Shown here piece by piece: positions 33,801 through 42,483 of a DNA stretch of 58,152 nucleotides. Source of the DNA: Chthonomonas sp. UBA2391 (lineage in GTDB: Bacteria; Armatimonadota; Fimbriimonadia; Fimbriimonadales; Fimbriimonadaceae); the NCBI GenBank assembly GCA_002343825.1, contig DDSL01000134.1, positions 1 through 58,152 on the forward strand, in the 5' to 3' direction. Made by a program: the position numbers and the translations under genes. The notes under the pieces are model-generated. The model searched no databases and had not been told where the DNA came from. It saw only the letters and a list, made by a program, of their open reading frames with translations. The first letter of the stretch is position 1; each line of letters begins with the position of its first letter.

Positions 33801-34107
33801 TGAAGGTGATCCGCTTCGGTTCCCCGCCGTCGATCGGCATGGTGTAGACCTCGGGCGCACCGTCGTAACTTCCGACGAAGGCGATCGTCTTTCCATCAGG
33901 CGAGATTCGGGGCATCCCTTCCGAACCGCTGAAGGTAGTAAGTCGAGTGGCCGTGCCCCCGTCGAGGGTGCACTTCCAGAGATCGCCGGCATAGGCAAAA
34001 ACGACGTTATCCCCACTGACTGCCGGCATTCGAAGTAGTCGGGGATCATCCTGCATGTTGGGCTGGGCAGAGGCCACAGCCGCAAGCGCGAGTAGAGCGA
34101 GATTCAA
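30820..34107 (-). CDS. tricorn protease homolog (beta-propellers, PDZ, S41 peptidase)
   Basis: ORF 1095 aa. The N-terminal PD40/WD-like repeats (SPDGKTIAF, SPDGSIVAY, SPDGQSILV, SPDGKKISI), a PDZ-like region and the C-terminal S41 block (NEYAGSGGDMFPWLF) match the tricorn architecture. It contains an acidic/Lys-Pro-rich insertion (..EEAKKEEPKKEEPKE..). Confidence 0.85.
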   Translation of the reverse strand: MNLALLALAAVASAQPNMQDDPRLLRMPAVSGDNVVFAYAGDLWKCTLDGGTATRLTTFSGSEGMPRISPDGKTIAFVGSYDGAPEVYTMPIDGGEPKRITFTADPDLVLGWTPDGKIMVANGDQNTPFSDRLWLYSPNGGLPTGTPIREIANGSMSPDGSIVAYNRNASFGFNWRRYRGGTQGVVSFYNIKTNEYSEIPHGRENNWFPLWVGDQVIFASDKNAGTVNLYSYSVGNKRVTQLTNFDDADVRMPSTDGKTVVFERDGGLYAMNIASKAISRIKPRIVSDLNHVRPQMRRLAQFTNNMTVSPSGKRVAVEARGEIFSVPAKNGETRNLTNTPSARERNPVWSPDGQSILVMSDATGEYELYLIPQRGGKMEQLTRGGQYKIVDYRYSPDGKKISISTLDNRLLIMDVESKKVTQVVQEPLGPVTEYDWAPDGSYLVYAKALPNLQSAVALYRVRDGKTTQITEGFYSDSQVAFDLNGKYLYIVSQRSFNPQPGAFEYSLNFANAQRVYAIPLTKDLANPLTPASDEEPETKKAGASTEAQFAALDDEEPLAQAAPPATAAPAAQPEEAKKEEPKKEEPKELKIDFDGLSERMFALPWPDGNYFELIGVNNGVMTFVDGALVRFDFDSKQSVPIIGGVSYITLNSKKNLLGYFAGPGAAGVIPVGPGGQPTQGRISLDAVEAVIDPRTEWKQIFNEAWRYMRDRFYDPNFGGVDWNAKKKQYEAMLPYVQHRNDLNYVLGQMIGELGTGHAYVGGGEILGARPPVPIGLLGADYEVKNGRVAFQRIYRGDLSGGAQRGPLSGPGLNIKEGEYLLQIDGRDVGADLHPNEALMGKVGRTVRLTVNSTPSLTGAREVLVRPVGADNDIRYYDWVESNRRKVEKLSNGRIGYLHVPDTSEPGMIGFIRGYYSQSDKEAMIIDERFNGGGMIPTYFFDKINRTYSAFFRQRNGIDIGFPVQTFDGPYAMLINEYAGSGGDMFPWLFRKHKAGPLIGTRTWGGLVGITGSAPLVDGGFFTAPEFGIYDHKTGEWIAENTGVDPDIEIDNRPDLLNQGRDPQLEKAIEVLLKDLEKRKPVRKRPDFPKLTGPGK

Positions 34108-34320
34108 GTATTTTCCTCCTAATGAACTCAGGGCCCCGTTGCCCCGTGAAGGAACCGGGTCGAGTTCCTTGTACGGTACCGCATTGGCCTAGTTCCGGTC
34201 CGAGTACGATGAACAGGGCCGCTGGAGTTCATCAATTGTGAATTTGCAGAACAATCTGGGTCGAAGGACCCTTCGGTTTGCCCGCAAACGTCATAGAATG
34301 AAAGAACCACGGGGAAACCG

Positions 34321-35979
34321 ATGCCGCCCACCACTCGCCGCGAAGTCCTAGCCCACATGGGCTCCAGTGCGCTCACCCTGATGGTGGGGCAATCCAGCCC
34401 AAAAACCGATCCCCTGGCCCGCCCCCCACTCGAGGCCATCGCACTCCACCGCCTCGCCTTCGGTCCCCGCCCCGGAGAGGTCGAAGCCCTCAAGCTGATC
34501 GGACTCGAAAAATGGGTGCAACAACAGGTCAAGCCAACCGCCGACGATCCCGAGGTCGACAAGCGATTGGCCGAACTCAAGCTTGAGATCAGCTATGAGC
34601 ACGAGGGAAAAAAGGTCGAAGAGCAACGACCTCTCACCCGCCTCAACGCCACCCGCGAACAGCTGTGGAAGCTCGCCGCTGAGGGCACCCCTTATGAGGA
34701 GAAAGTCCGCTGCGTTTACGAGGTCATGGCCGCGACATATCTGCGCGCGGTTTATAGCAAGTGGCAGCTGCGCGAAGTCCTCGTCGACTTTTGGCACAAC
34801 CACTTCAATGTGAATATGTGGGCCGATGATGACGCAGTCCGAATCCTTTTTCCGCTGTATGATCGCGAAGTCATCCGCAAGCACTGCTTCGGGAACTTCA
34901 GACAATTCTTAGAAGCCGTCGCAACCAGCGGACCCATGCTGGTCTATCTCAACAATTCGCGCAGCAAGGCCAGCCCCGCCAACGAGAACTACGCTCGCGA
35001 ACTGTTCGAACTCCACACCATGGGGGCGCCGAACTACCTCAACCATCTCTATAACAAGTGGCGCGAGGTCCCGGGAGCGACCGAAGGCAAGGCCCAGGGC
35101 TATATCGACCAGGATGTCTATGAGGCCGCCCGCGCCTTCACGGGATGGACGCTCGCCAACGGGGCGTGGACCGAACGCGACGACAGTCGCTTCCCGAATA
35201 CTGGCGAGTTTCACTACTATGAGCCATGGCACGATAACTATCAAAAGCGAGTCCTAGGGGTCGAATTTGAACCTAATCAGCCTCCGATGGCGGATGGTCG
35301 CAAGGTTCTGGACTTGGTCGCAAACCATGCCGGCACGGCCCGATTTGTCTGCGGCAAGCTGATCCGGCGACTGGTCGGAGATGAAGTCCCGACCAGCCTG
35401 CTTGACCGCGCGGTCAAGGTCTGGATGGCCAATCACAGCTCCACCGACCAGATCGGTCAAGTCGTCGCGACGATTGCGACGTCGCCGGAATTCGCCGCCA
35501 CTTGGGGGCAAAAGATCAAGCGCCCGATGGAAGTGGCGGCCTCCTTTATCCGGGGCACGGGAATGGAATTCACCCCTAATCTCGGCATGTTCTGGCTGAT
35601 GTCGAGCATGGGTCAGCGGACGTTTAGCTACCCCTTCCCGACTGGTCATCCCGATACCCGGGACTACTGGCTGGGAACCTTCAACTGGATCCAGCGGTGG
35701 AACCTCCCGGGCGGACTCATGTGGGAAGGAAGCAAGATGCTGAAGCCCGAACCACCGAAAGTGCCCCAAGATGCCAATTCTTGGGAAACCGCGGCTCGCG
35801 CCATCGTTCTAGAGATGCTTGGCTATTCCCTCCCCGTCCCGGTGATGACCGGACTCCTAGCCATGTTCCGCGAGGGTCGAGACCAAGATGCCTTTGACCC
35901 CAACGATCAAGACCTCCATTGGCGGATCCGCCGATTGCAGATGGCCGTCGCCATGACTCCCGAATTCCACGCCCGGTAA
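34321..35979 (+). CDS. DUF1800 domain-containing protein (Tat-signal-like N-terminus)
   Basis: MPPTTRREVLAHMGSSALTLMVG resembles a Tat signal. The FWHNHFNV motif and the overall length are typical of DUF1800. Confidence 0.75.
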   Translation: MPPTTRREVLAHMGSSALTLMVGQSSPKTDPLARPPLEAIALHRLAFGPRPGEVEALKLIGLEKWVQQQVKPTADDPEVDKRLAELKLEISYEHEGKKVEEQRPLTRLNATREQLWKLAAEGTPYEEKVRCVYEVMAATYLRAVYSKWQLREVLVDFWHNHFNVNMWADDDAVRILFPLYDREVIRKHCFGNFRQFLEAVATSGPMLVYLNNSRSKASPANENYARELFELHTMGAPNYLNHLYNKWREVPGATEGKAQGYIDQDVYEAARAFTGWTLANGAWTERDDSRFPNTGEFHYYEPWHDNYQKRVLGVEFEPNQPPMADGRKVLDLVANHAGTARFVCGKLIRRLVGDEVPTSLLDRAVKVWMANHSSTDQIGQVVATIATSPEFAATWGQKIKRPMEVAASFIRGTGMEFTPNLGMFWLMSSMGQRTFSYPFPTGHPDTRDYWLGTFNWIQRWNLPGGLMWEGSKMLKPEPPKVPQDANSWETAARAIVLEMLGYSLPVPVMTGLLAMFREGRDQDAFDPNDQDLHWRIRRLQMAVAMTPEFHAR

Positions 35980-35984
35980 ACCCT

Positions 35985-37226
35985 ATGAACCTTTCTCGCC
36001 GTGATCTCTTCGTCGGATGTAGCGCCGCCATTGCGGCCATGGCCGGGGCTCGGATCAATGGGCTGACCTTCGTCGGCGAAGATGCCCCTTCGGACCATCC
36101 GATCCTCGTCGTCGTCTTCTTGCGGGGCGGGATCGACGGGCTCAATTTACTGGCTCCTCCGGGGGACAAGGACTACATCGCCGCGCGGCCGACGCATCTA
36201 CGGATCGCGGAAGATGGCGAACACAAGGGCTTGGAGATGAAAGGCACCGACCTGCGACTCCACCGCTTGGCCTCCCCGATCAAGGAACTCTACGACGATG
36301 GCAAACTGGCGATGATCCATGCTTGTGGACTCACGCACGGCACTCGGAGCCATTTCGAAGCGATGGACCTCATTGAGCGCGGGATCGCCCGAACCGAAGA
36401 CATGAACCTCCGGACCGGCTGGCTCGCCCGGAGTATGGAGCGTCTGCCCGACTCGAGTCCCATCCCGGCCCTGAGCCTGAGTGGCAACATGGCCGCCAGC
36501 TTGGTGGGGATGCCGGACGCGGGGCTGATGAGCAGCGTGGAAGGACTTCACCTATGGGGAGGCGACGAACAGGTCAAGGGGCTGAAGTTCCTGTACGGTG
36601 CGGGCAACTCATGGCTTCACAAGGAGGGATCCAGAGCGATCGAGACTTACGACCTCGTCCGCGCCCGGCTTGGTCGAAAGGAAGATGGGTCACTCCCCGA
36701 CTATGTCCCCGAACACAGTGCCAAATATCCAGATGGCGAACTCGGAAACGCACTCCGAGACCTAGCCAGGATGATCAAGGCCGGGGTGGGCATCCAAGTC
36801 GGCACGGTTGACTTTGGCGGATGGGATACCCACCAGGACCAAATGTATCAGTTCAACTATCGCCTGGGCCACCTTAGCGAATCGCTGATGGCCTTCTATT
36901 CCGATCTCACTTCTTTCCACTCGAGGCTCAACGTCGTGGTGATGAGCGAGTTTGGTCGACGACTCAAATCGAATCAGAGCAATGGGACGGACCATGGCCA
37001 CGGCAACGTGATGATGGTGATGGGACCCAAAGTCGTCGGCTCGAAAGTCCACGGTCGCTGGCCCGGTCTGGCCACGGAACAACTGGACGCGCGGGCGGAT
37101 CTCGCGGTGACCACAGATTACCGCAACGTCTTGGCCGAAGTGATGGAGCGAGGAATGGGGATCTCGGGAGCGAACAAGCTCTTCCCTGGACTGGAGTCCA
37201 AACCCGTCGGGGTCCTAAAAACTTAG
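35985..37226 (+). CDS. DUF1501 domain-containing protein (sulfatase/phosphatase-like fold, Tat signal)
   Basis: ORF 35919..37226; the start is MNLSRRDLFVGCSAAIAAMAGA at 35985 (twin-Arg motif). The blocks FGGWDTHQDQ and GTDHGHGNVMMVMG are typical of DUF1501. It is the canonical partner of DUF1800. Confidence 0.8.
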   Translation: MNLSRRDLFVGCSAAIAAMAGARINGLTFVGEDAPSDHPILVVVFLRGGIDGLNLLAPPGDKDYIAARPTHLRIAEDGEHKGLEMKGTDLRLHRLASPIKELYDDGKLAMIHACGLTHGTRSHFEAMDLIERGIARTEDMNLRTGWLARSMERLPDSSPIPALSLSGNMAASLVGMPDAGLMSSVEGLHLWGGDEQVKGLKFLYGAGNSWLHKEGSRAIETYDLVRARLGRKEDGSLPDYVPEHSAKYPDGELGNALRDLARMIKAGVGIQVGTVDFGGWDTHQDQMYQFNYRLGHLSESLMAFYSDLTSFHSRLNVVVMSEFGRRLKSNQSNGTDHGHGNVMMVMGPKVVGSKVHGRWPGLATEQLDARADLAVTTDYRNVLAEVMERGMGISGANKLFPGLESKPVGVLKT

Positions 37227-37229
37227 GAG

Positions 37230-37306
37230 TGGTCGGGATGGCGGGATTCGAACCCACGACCTCTGCGTCCCGAACGCAGCGCTCTACCAAGCTGAGCTAC
37301 ATCCCG
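37230..37306 (-). tRNA. tRNA-Pro (anticodon CGG), CCA encoded
   Basis: The reverse complement folds as CGGGATG-TA-GCTC-AGCTTGGTA-GAGC-G-CTGCG-TTCGGGA-CGCAG-AGGTC-GTGGG-TTCGAAT-CCCGC-CATCCCG-A-CCA. Confidence 0.93.
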
Positions 37307-37455
37307 AGCGGGACCATGAGGATACCAGAGTCCCAAGGAAGCATTTTTTGACTAGCCAACTCGGACCGTAATTCTGCGGGTTTCTCTTGGTATCTCGGAA
37401 TGCACTCCCGGGGAACTTGCCCCTTACCACCCCTCCGGTTCAAAATAGAACTGTC

Positions 37456-38397
37456 ATGCAGTGTTTTTTGAAAGGTGGGATTGTTCTCGGTGCATTGGCA
37501 CTGGGCCTCAGCGCGAATGCCGGACCCTTGGGTCTGGCCAATGACTTCAATGCGGTCGTCTTCGGCGACTGGAACAGCAACGGCGGCCATAGCGACGGTT
37601 CGGTTGCAATTCAGGGCAACGCCAAGGGCAACTACGAATTCAAGCAACGACCTTCGCCCCAGGTTCCGACCCCTAACTTCGGATCGAATGGCCAAGTCGG
37701 CGTCGTGGTGGGCGGCAACAAGTGGGCGACCGGGGTCATGCGAACCCTGAACGGCAACGCCTATGTCGGGGGCACGCGGACCGGCGATATCCAAGTCAAC
37801 AACGGCTTCCAACTTCGCAACGCCGGCTCCGACACCAATACGATCTTCATCCAGATGTACCAACGCGCCGTGACCCAAGGTCAGCTCATGGCCGCGCTCA
37901 CCGGGATCACCCTCCCGACGGCCAACCCCAATAACCTCTCGGTCAACCTGGGCGCGGGCCGCACGAGCGGTCAGCGGTTCGTCTATAACGTCGATTCCTC
38001 TGCCCTCGGACAACTCAAGACCCTGGACATCCAGAATCTCCGAGGCGACGACACGATCGTCTTCAACGTCCGTGGCGATGATCGGGTCACTTGGGCTTGG
38101 TCAGTCAACGCACCAACCTACTCGGGCATCATCTGGAACTTCATCGACGCCAAGGCCATCGACGTCAGTCAACGGCAGTTCAATGGAACACTCTTTGCGC
38201 CGAAGTCCTCGCTGATCATGCGACAAAACGTCGAGGGCAACGTCCTCGTCTCCAGCATGGACATCGTCGGAGGCCCCGAACTGCACTTCGGAAACCGGTT
38301 CCAGTTCCAAGGCGATGTTCCCGTCCCCGAGCCGGCCACGCTCATCGCCTTGGCCGCCGGGATCGGCGCTCTGGCCCGCAAGCGACGCCGATCCTAA
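37456..38397 (+). CDS. PEP-CTERM sorting-domain protein with choice-of-anchor-A-like domain
   Basis: ORF 37387..38397; the start is MQCFLKGGIVLGALALGLSANA at 37456. LGLANDFNAVVFGDWNSNGGHSDGSVAIQGNA resembles choice-of-anchor A. The C-terminus VPVPEPATLIALAAGIGALARKRRRS is a textbook PEP-CTERM signal. Confidence 0.8.
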   Translation: MQCFLKGGIVLGALALGLSANAGPLGLANDFNAVVFGDWNSNGGHSDGSVAIQGNAKGNYEFKQRPSPQVPTPNFGSNGQVGVVVGGNKWATGVMRTLNGNAYVGGTRTGDIQVNNGFQLRNAGSDTNTIFIQMYQRAVTQGQLMAALTGITLPTANPNNLSVNLGAGRTSGQRFVYNVDSSALGQLKTLDIQNLRGDDTIVFNVRGDDRVTWAWSVNAPTYSGIIWNFIDAKAIDVSQRQFNGTLFAPKSSLIMRQNVEGNVLVSSMDIVGGPELHFGNRFQFQGDVPVPEPATLIALAAGIGALARKRRRS

Positions 38398-39215
38398 GCC
38401 GTCAAGGCGTCAAAAAGTCCACTGGCCCCGATGCGGAACCGCTCGGGGCGAACCCATTCTTCGCCGAGCTCGGTACGGACCAGGTGCATCCAGAGGTTGG
38501 CTTCTGCGTGGGTGCGAATCCCTCCGGCAGGTTTCAGCCCGCGTCTTTGACCCGTGGCGGATTGGAAGTCGAGAAGGGCCGCGGTCATGGCAAATCCGGC
38601 TGGCCAAAGGGTCGCATTGACGGACTCCTTGCCCGTGCTGGTTTTGATGAAATCCGCCCCTGCCATCAGCGCCACTAGGCTCGCTCGATAGATGCGATTC
38701 GGATCCGCCAACTCCCCGGTCGCGAGAATCACCTTCAGATGAGCTCTTCCGGCCGCATTCTTCATGGCGTGAACTTCATCATAAAGCTCGCCCCAATGGT
38801 CCTTGAGCGCATGCTCCCGCCGGATGACGATGTCGATCTCATCGGCCCCCAGATCGACGCACTCCTGGACCTCATGGACGCGTGAAACAAGCGGTGAGAG
38901 CCCGTGAGGAAATCCCCCCGCAACCGTCGCGACCTGGATCCCCGAACCCCGAACCGCATGATGGGCTGTGCCGATGAAGGCCGGATAGACGCACACCGCA
39001 GCCACAGGATGAGCGAGAGCTTTGGCGCAGAGGTCCTTGACCCGTTCGGTGGTGTCGTCTCCTTGGAGGGTGGTGAGGTCTAGATGGGGCAAGATCTCGG
39101 CGGCCGGAACCGGAGGCAGCGATTCGAGGTGGGCAAGCTTGGCCTCGGCCTCAGCTTGGCTCAACCGAAATTCCGGCAGTGCATGGAGTTCAAACGGCCT
39201 CGTGTTGGGTTGCAT
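38394..39215 (-). CDS. deoC: deoxyribose-phosphate aldolase
   Basis: FIKTSTGK (Schiff-base Lys), LKVILATGEL and GLKPAGGIR blocks are present. This is the long (about 270 aa) DeoC form. Confidence 0.85.
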   Translation of the reverse strand: MQPNTRPFELHALPEFRLSQAEAEAKLAHLESLPPVPAAEILPHLDLTTLQGDDTTERVKDLCAKALAHPVAAVCVYPAFIGTAHHAVRGSGIQVATVAGGFPHGLSPLVSRVHEVQECVDLGADEIDIVIRREHALKDHWGELYDEVHAMKNAAGRAHLKVILATGELADPNRIYRASLVALMAGADFIKTSTGKESVNATLWPAGFAMTAALLDFQSATGQRRGLKPAGGIRTHAEANLWMHLVRTELGEEWVRPERFRIGASGLFDALTA

Positions 39216-39537
39216 GTTCTTCTGTTTCGGCGGGCAGCGATTTCTTGGGGAATTCGATCCTCTGCGCGTAAAGCTTGATTCCTCGGCTCGCGATCAGCGA
39301 GGCGACGACGCACATCGCAAAAAGCATGACCAGCCGCACGACCAAGGCGATCCCCAGTTCTCCCGTCTTTTCAAGCTCGACTTTTTCCCCCGGTTGGAGT
39401 CCGAGGGCGCTCGTCACGGGTTCCGTAAAGGTATCAAAGGCAAGCTTGAACACGAAGAGCAAAAGAGCGATCCCCACAAGAAAGGTGGCGATCCCGACCA
39501 GCCCGCCGAGCCAGTCTCTCCGTGGAGCATGCATCAT
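39190..39537 (-). CDS. small two-TM membrane protein, hypothetical
   Basis: ORF 39190..39582; the likely start is MMHAPRRDW at 39537, 11 nt after the upstream stop. It has two hydrophobic helices. It overlaps the deoC start by 26 nt. Confidence 0.45.
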   Translation of the reverse strand: MMHAPRRDWLGGLVGIATFLVGIALLLFVFKLAFDTFTEPVTSALGLQPGEKVELEKTGELGIALVVRLVMLFAMCVVASLIASRGIKLYAQRIEFPKKSLPAETEEHATQHEAV

Positions 39538-39548
39538 TGCAGGATACT

Positions 39549-39899
39549 TTAGAGACTCTTCGGTGTGAAGCTCACGCCACACCCGCAGCTCCTAGAAGCG
39601 TTCGGATTTTCGAATCCAAAGCCGCCGCCCAGCAGGTTTCCGGTCCAAATGAGCTTCGATCCAGCCAAGAATTCGGCCGACTTCGGATCGAGCAAGACCT
39701 TGAGATCTCCATCGGTCCAGACCAGATCACTCTCCCGAGCGGTCGACTCGAAGCGGATGACGTACTCGAAACCCGAGCAACCGCCTCCCTTCACCCCGAT
39801 CCGGACGAAATCTCCGGCGTGACCTTTCCTCTCAAGAATGGCGCGCATCTGCGTGATCGCCTCCGGAGTGATTTCCACCGGAAAAGTCGAAAGGCTCAT
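39549..39899 (-). CDS. iron-sulfur cluster insertion protein, HesB/IscA/ErpA family
   Basis: The C-terminal CGCGVSF motif plus GGGCSGFEY are present. The likely start is MSLSTFPVEITPEAI at 39899, forming an ATGA overlap with the Rrf2 stop. The ORF track's start at 39914 is the alternative. Confidence 0.85.
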   Translation of the reverse strand: MSLSTFPVEITPEAITQMRAILERKGHAGDFVRIGVKGGGCSGFEYVIRFESTARESDLVWTDGDLKVLLDPKSAEFLAGSKLIWTGNLLGGGFGFENPNASRSCGCGVSFTPKSL

Positions 39900-40423
39900 C
39901 GTGGGGTCTTGCATGCTTCCTTCGAAGGATGGCCGTTCAGACTAGGCGCCGCTTGGCCATTGGAACCGGGGCGGCGCGTAAAGTAGATCGGAGCGGGCTC
40001 ATTGGAGAGCTTTCCGTCGATCAGGTCTTGCAAGGTCACCTTGTAGACGACTTGATCCACAACGTTCTGGATCTTGGCCCAGAGCCCGTTGAGCGAGCAG
40101 TTCCCGTAGTGGACGCATTCGGCTTCCAGTCCGGCATGGCGCTCACAAAATCCGTTATCAAAGAGATGCCCCCCTAGGGCATAGAGCACATCGCCGACGA
40201 TGACCTGGGTGGCCGGCTTGGCCAATCGATAGCCGCCGATCTGACCTCGGCTACTTCGGACAAAGCCTTCTTTACGAAGGATCGTCAAGAGCTTCGCCGC
40301 ATGGGGTTCGCTCAAGCCCTCGCGGACGGCAATCTCGGGGATGGTCAGGGACCCTTGCTCCCCTTGTTCAGCTATCGCGACAAGACACCGGAGACCATAT
40401 TCCTCCTGAGCACTGAACTTCAT
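39896..40423 (-). CDS. Rrf2-family transcriptional regulator (IscR-like)
   Basis: ORF 39896..40546; the start is MKFSAQEEYGLRCLVAIAEQG at 40423. It has a winged-helix Rrf2 N-terminus and three downstream Cys (FCERHAGLEAECVHYGNC) that could ligate a cluster. Confidence 0.85.
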   Translation of the reverse strand: MKFSAQEEYGLRCLVAIAEQGEQGSLTIPEIAVREGLSEPHAAKLLTILRKEGFVRSSRGQIGGYRLAKPATQVIVGDVLYALGGHLFDNGFCERHAGLEAECVHYGNCSLNGLWAKIQNVVDQVVYKVTLQDLIDGKLSNEPAPIYFTRRPGSNGQAAPSLNGHPSKEACKTPR

Positions 40424-40503
40424 CTTTACTTTATTGTACGGTATCTCCTCGGACGGACCAAGACTCCCAGAACGCCTATTCCGAAAATTGCGGTTGGGAG
40501 TAC

Positions 40504-40535
40504 AAAAAAAGGCAGCCGGGATGTGCCCGACTGCC
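40504..40535 (-). terminator. intrinsic terminator downstream of the ABC exporter gene
   Basis: The minus strand reads GGCAGTCGGGCACATCCCGGCTGCC followed by TTTTTTT. It lies about 140 nt after the ABC stop codon. Confidence 0.6.
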
Positions 40536-40674
40536 AATCCACTCATTGTCTTCTCGGTGTTCTCACCTTGCTCATCCTTGGGTCAAGCCCAGGGAGCAGG
40601 GAGTTCGCCGTTGTTTTGCCATGGTGCGCAGACGCACTTCAACCGCGAGAGTTCAGTGACCGCGAAGAGATTTT

Positions 40675-42483
40675 TTAGAAATTGCCGCTGGAAGCGGTGG
40701 ACTGGAATTGCTGCTCGTACAAAGATCGGTAAAGCCCCGCCTGCTCTAGGAGCTCTTCATGCCGACCTCGCTCAACAATGCGCCCCTGCTCCATTACCAG
40801 GATCTGGTCGGCCCGCAGGATCGTTGAGAGTCGGTGGGCGATGGCGAAGGTCGTCCGACCAACCATGAGATGGTTCAGCGAATCCTGGATCAGCCTTTCG
40901 GAGTGGGTGTCGAGCGCCGAGGTCGCCTCATCGAGAATAAGCACCCTGGGATTCTTGAGAATCGCTCGAGCAATGGCGATTCGCTGCTTTTCGCCGCCGC
41001 TAAGTTTGTATCCGCGCTCGCCGACGATGGTGTCATAGCCTTGCTCCAATCCTGCGACGTGGTCGTGAATTGCCGCCGCGCGGCAAGCCTCCTCGAGTTC
41101 GGCCTGGGTGGCCTCTGGCTTCGCTAGCCGCAAGTTCTCGGCGACCGAAGCGTGGACCAGGTAGGTCTCTTGGGTCACCGCCCCGACGATCTCGCTGACG
41201 GACTTCATCTGCAAGTCGCGGACGTCCGTTCCGTCGATCCGGACTTGCCCTGCATCGACATCATAGAGCCTGGCGATGAGGTTGGTGAGAGTCGTCTTTC
41301 CGGCTCCGCTCGGGCCGACCAGAGCGATCAGCTGTCCGGGCTGGGCCGTAAAGTCGACGTCTCGCAGCGTCCAGCTCTCGCTCTCGGGTTCGTATTTGAA
41401 GCCAACCGCCGAAAACGCAACCTCGCCCCGAGCCTCGCTTTTGCTGAGGGCCTTCGCATCCGGACGATCCTGGATATCGTGCGGCATGTCGATGTATTGG
41501 AAGATCCGCTCGAAGAGCGCCAGCGAACTCATGATCTCCACCTGGAGGCCCATGATCCCAGTCAGGGGGAAGAACATTCGAGCCTGGAGCGCAGTGAAGG
41601 CAACCAAGGTCCCAACCGTGATATTGGTATCGCCGCGGCTCATCAGCCAGCCAGCGAGCCAGTAAATCAGCGCCGGCGTTAGCTGGGTGATCATCCGGAT
41701 CAGCCCAAAGAACAGATACTGGAGTACCGAACTCTTGATCTGCCAACCCGCGAGCTTCTCGTTTTCGACATCAAACTTGGCCGCAAGCTGGTCGGGACGA
41801 CCGATGGTCTTGGCGAGCAAAGCGCCCGAGACGCTGAGCTGCTCCTGCATCATGCTGTTCAGCTCGGCGGTCTGTTCTTGCGTGCCCTTCCGAACGGTCC
41901 GCGCAAACTCGCCGACCCACTTGCCAAAGAACCCAAAGAACGGAATGAGCGCGATGGCCAGCAGCGTCAACCGCCAGTCCAAAATGAACATCGCGATCAG
42001 CGACGAGATGACGATGGCGGCGTTGCTGAGGGCATCGACCAGCGTATTGCTGACCACGTTCTGAACCCCGGCGACGTCGCTGATCAGTCGCGTCTGGATC
42101 TCGCCCGTGCGGGTGCTGGTAAAGAACCGGAGCGACATCCCCTGGAGATGGGTGAAGAGCCGGTGCCGCAGTTCGCACATGATCTTCTGTCCGATGACCA
42201 CACTTTGGTAGCCATAGAGCAGAGTGACTCCGGCCCCGGCGAGGGTGGCCAGAATCGTATAGAAGCTGAACCAACCCGTGACCTCCAGATCCTTCTTGGT
42301 CAACCCTTGGTCGATGATGACTTGGAGCAGAAAGGGCGGTGCGAGCCCGACCACAACCCCCACCATGACCGTGGCCAGCATCACCGTGGCCGCCTTTCGG
42401 TGAGGCGCAAACAAGCTCAGCACGCGCCGAAGCAGGGCGCGGTCGAGTTGTTTCTTTGTCGGCTCGGGTTCGGGGCTACTCAT
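40675..42483 (-). CDS. ABC transporter permease/ATP-binding protein (MsbA-like exporter)
   Basis: A six-TM exporter domain is followed by Walker A GPSGAGKTT, the signature LSGGEKQRIAIARA and Walker B ILILDEATSALD. The start overlaps the oligoendopeptidase stop (ATGA). Confidence 0.9.
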   Translation of the reverse strand: MSSPEPEPTKKQLDRALLRRVLSLFAPHRKAATVMLATVMVGVVVGLAPPFLLQVIIDQGLTKKDLEVTGWFSFYTILATLAGAGVTLLYGYQSVVIGQKIMCELRHRLFTHLQGMSLRFFTSTRTGEIQTRLISDVAGVQNVVSNTLVDALSNAAIVISSLIAMFILDWRLTLLAIALIPFFGFFGKWVGEFARTVRKGTQEQTAELNSMMQEQLSVSGALLAKTIGRPDQLAAKFDVENEKLAGWQIKSSVLQYLFFGLIRMITQLTPALIYWLAGWLMSRGDTNITVGTLVAFTALQARMFFPLTGIMGLQVEIMSSLALFERIFQYIDMPHDIQDRPDAKALSKSEARGEVAFSAVGFKYEPESESWTLRDVDFTAQPGQLIALVGPSGAGKTTLTNLIARLYDVDAGQVRIDGTDVRDLQMKSVSEIVGAVTQETYLVHASVAENLRLAKPEATQAELEEACRAAAIHDHVAGLEQGYDTIVGERGYKLSGGEKQRIAIARAILKNPRVLILDEATSALDTHSERLIQDSLNHLMVGRTTFAIAHRLSTILRADQILVMEQGRIVERGRHEELLEQAGLYRSLYEQQFQSTASSGNF

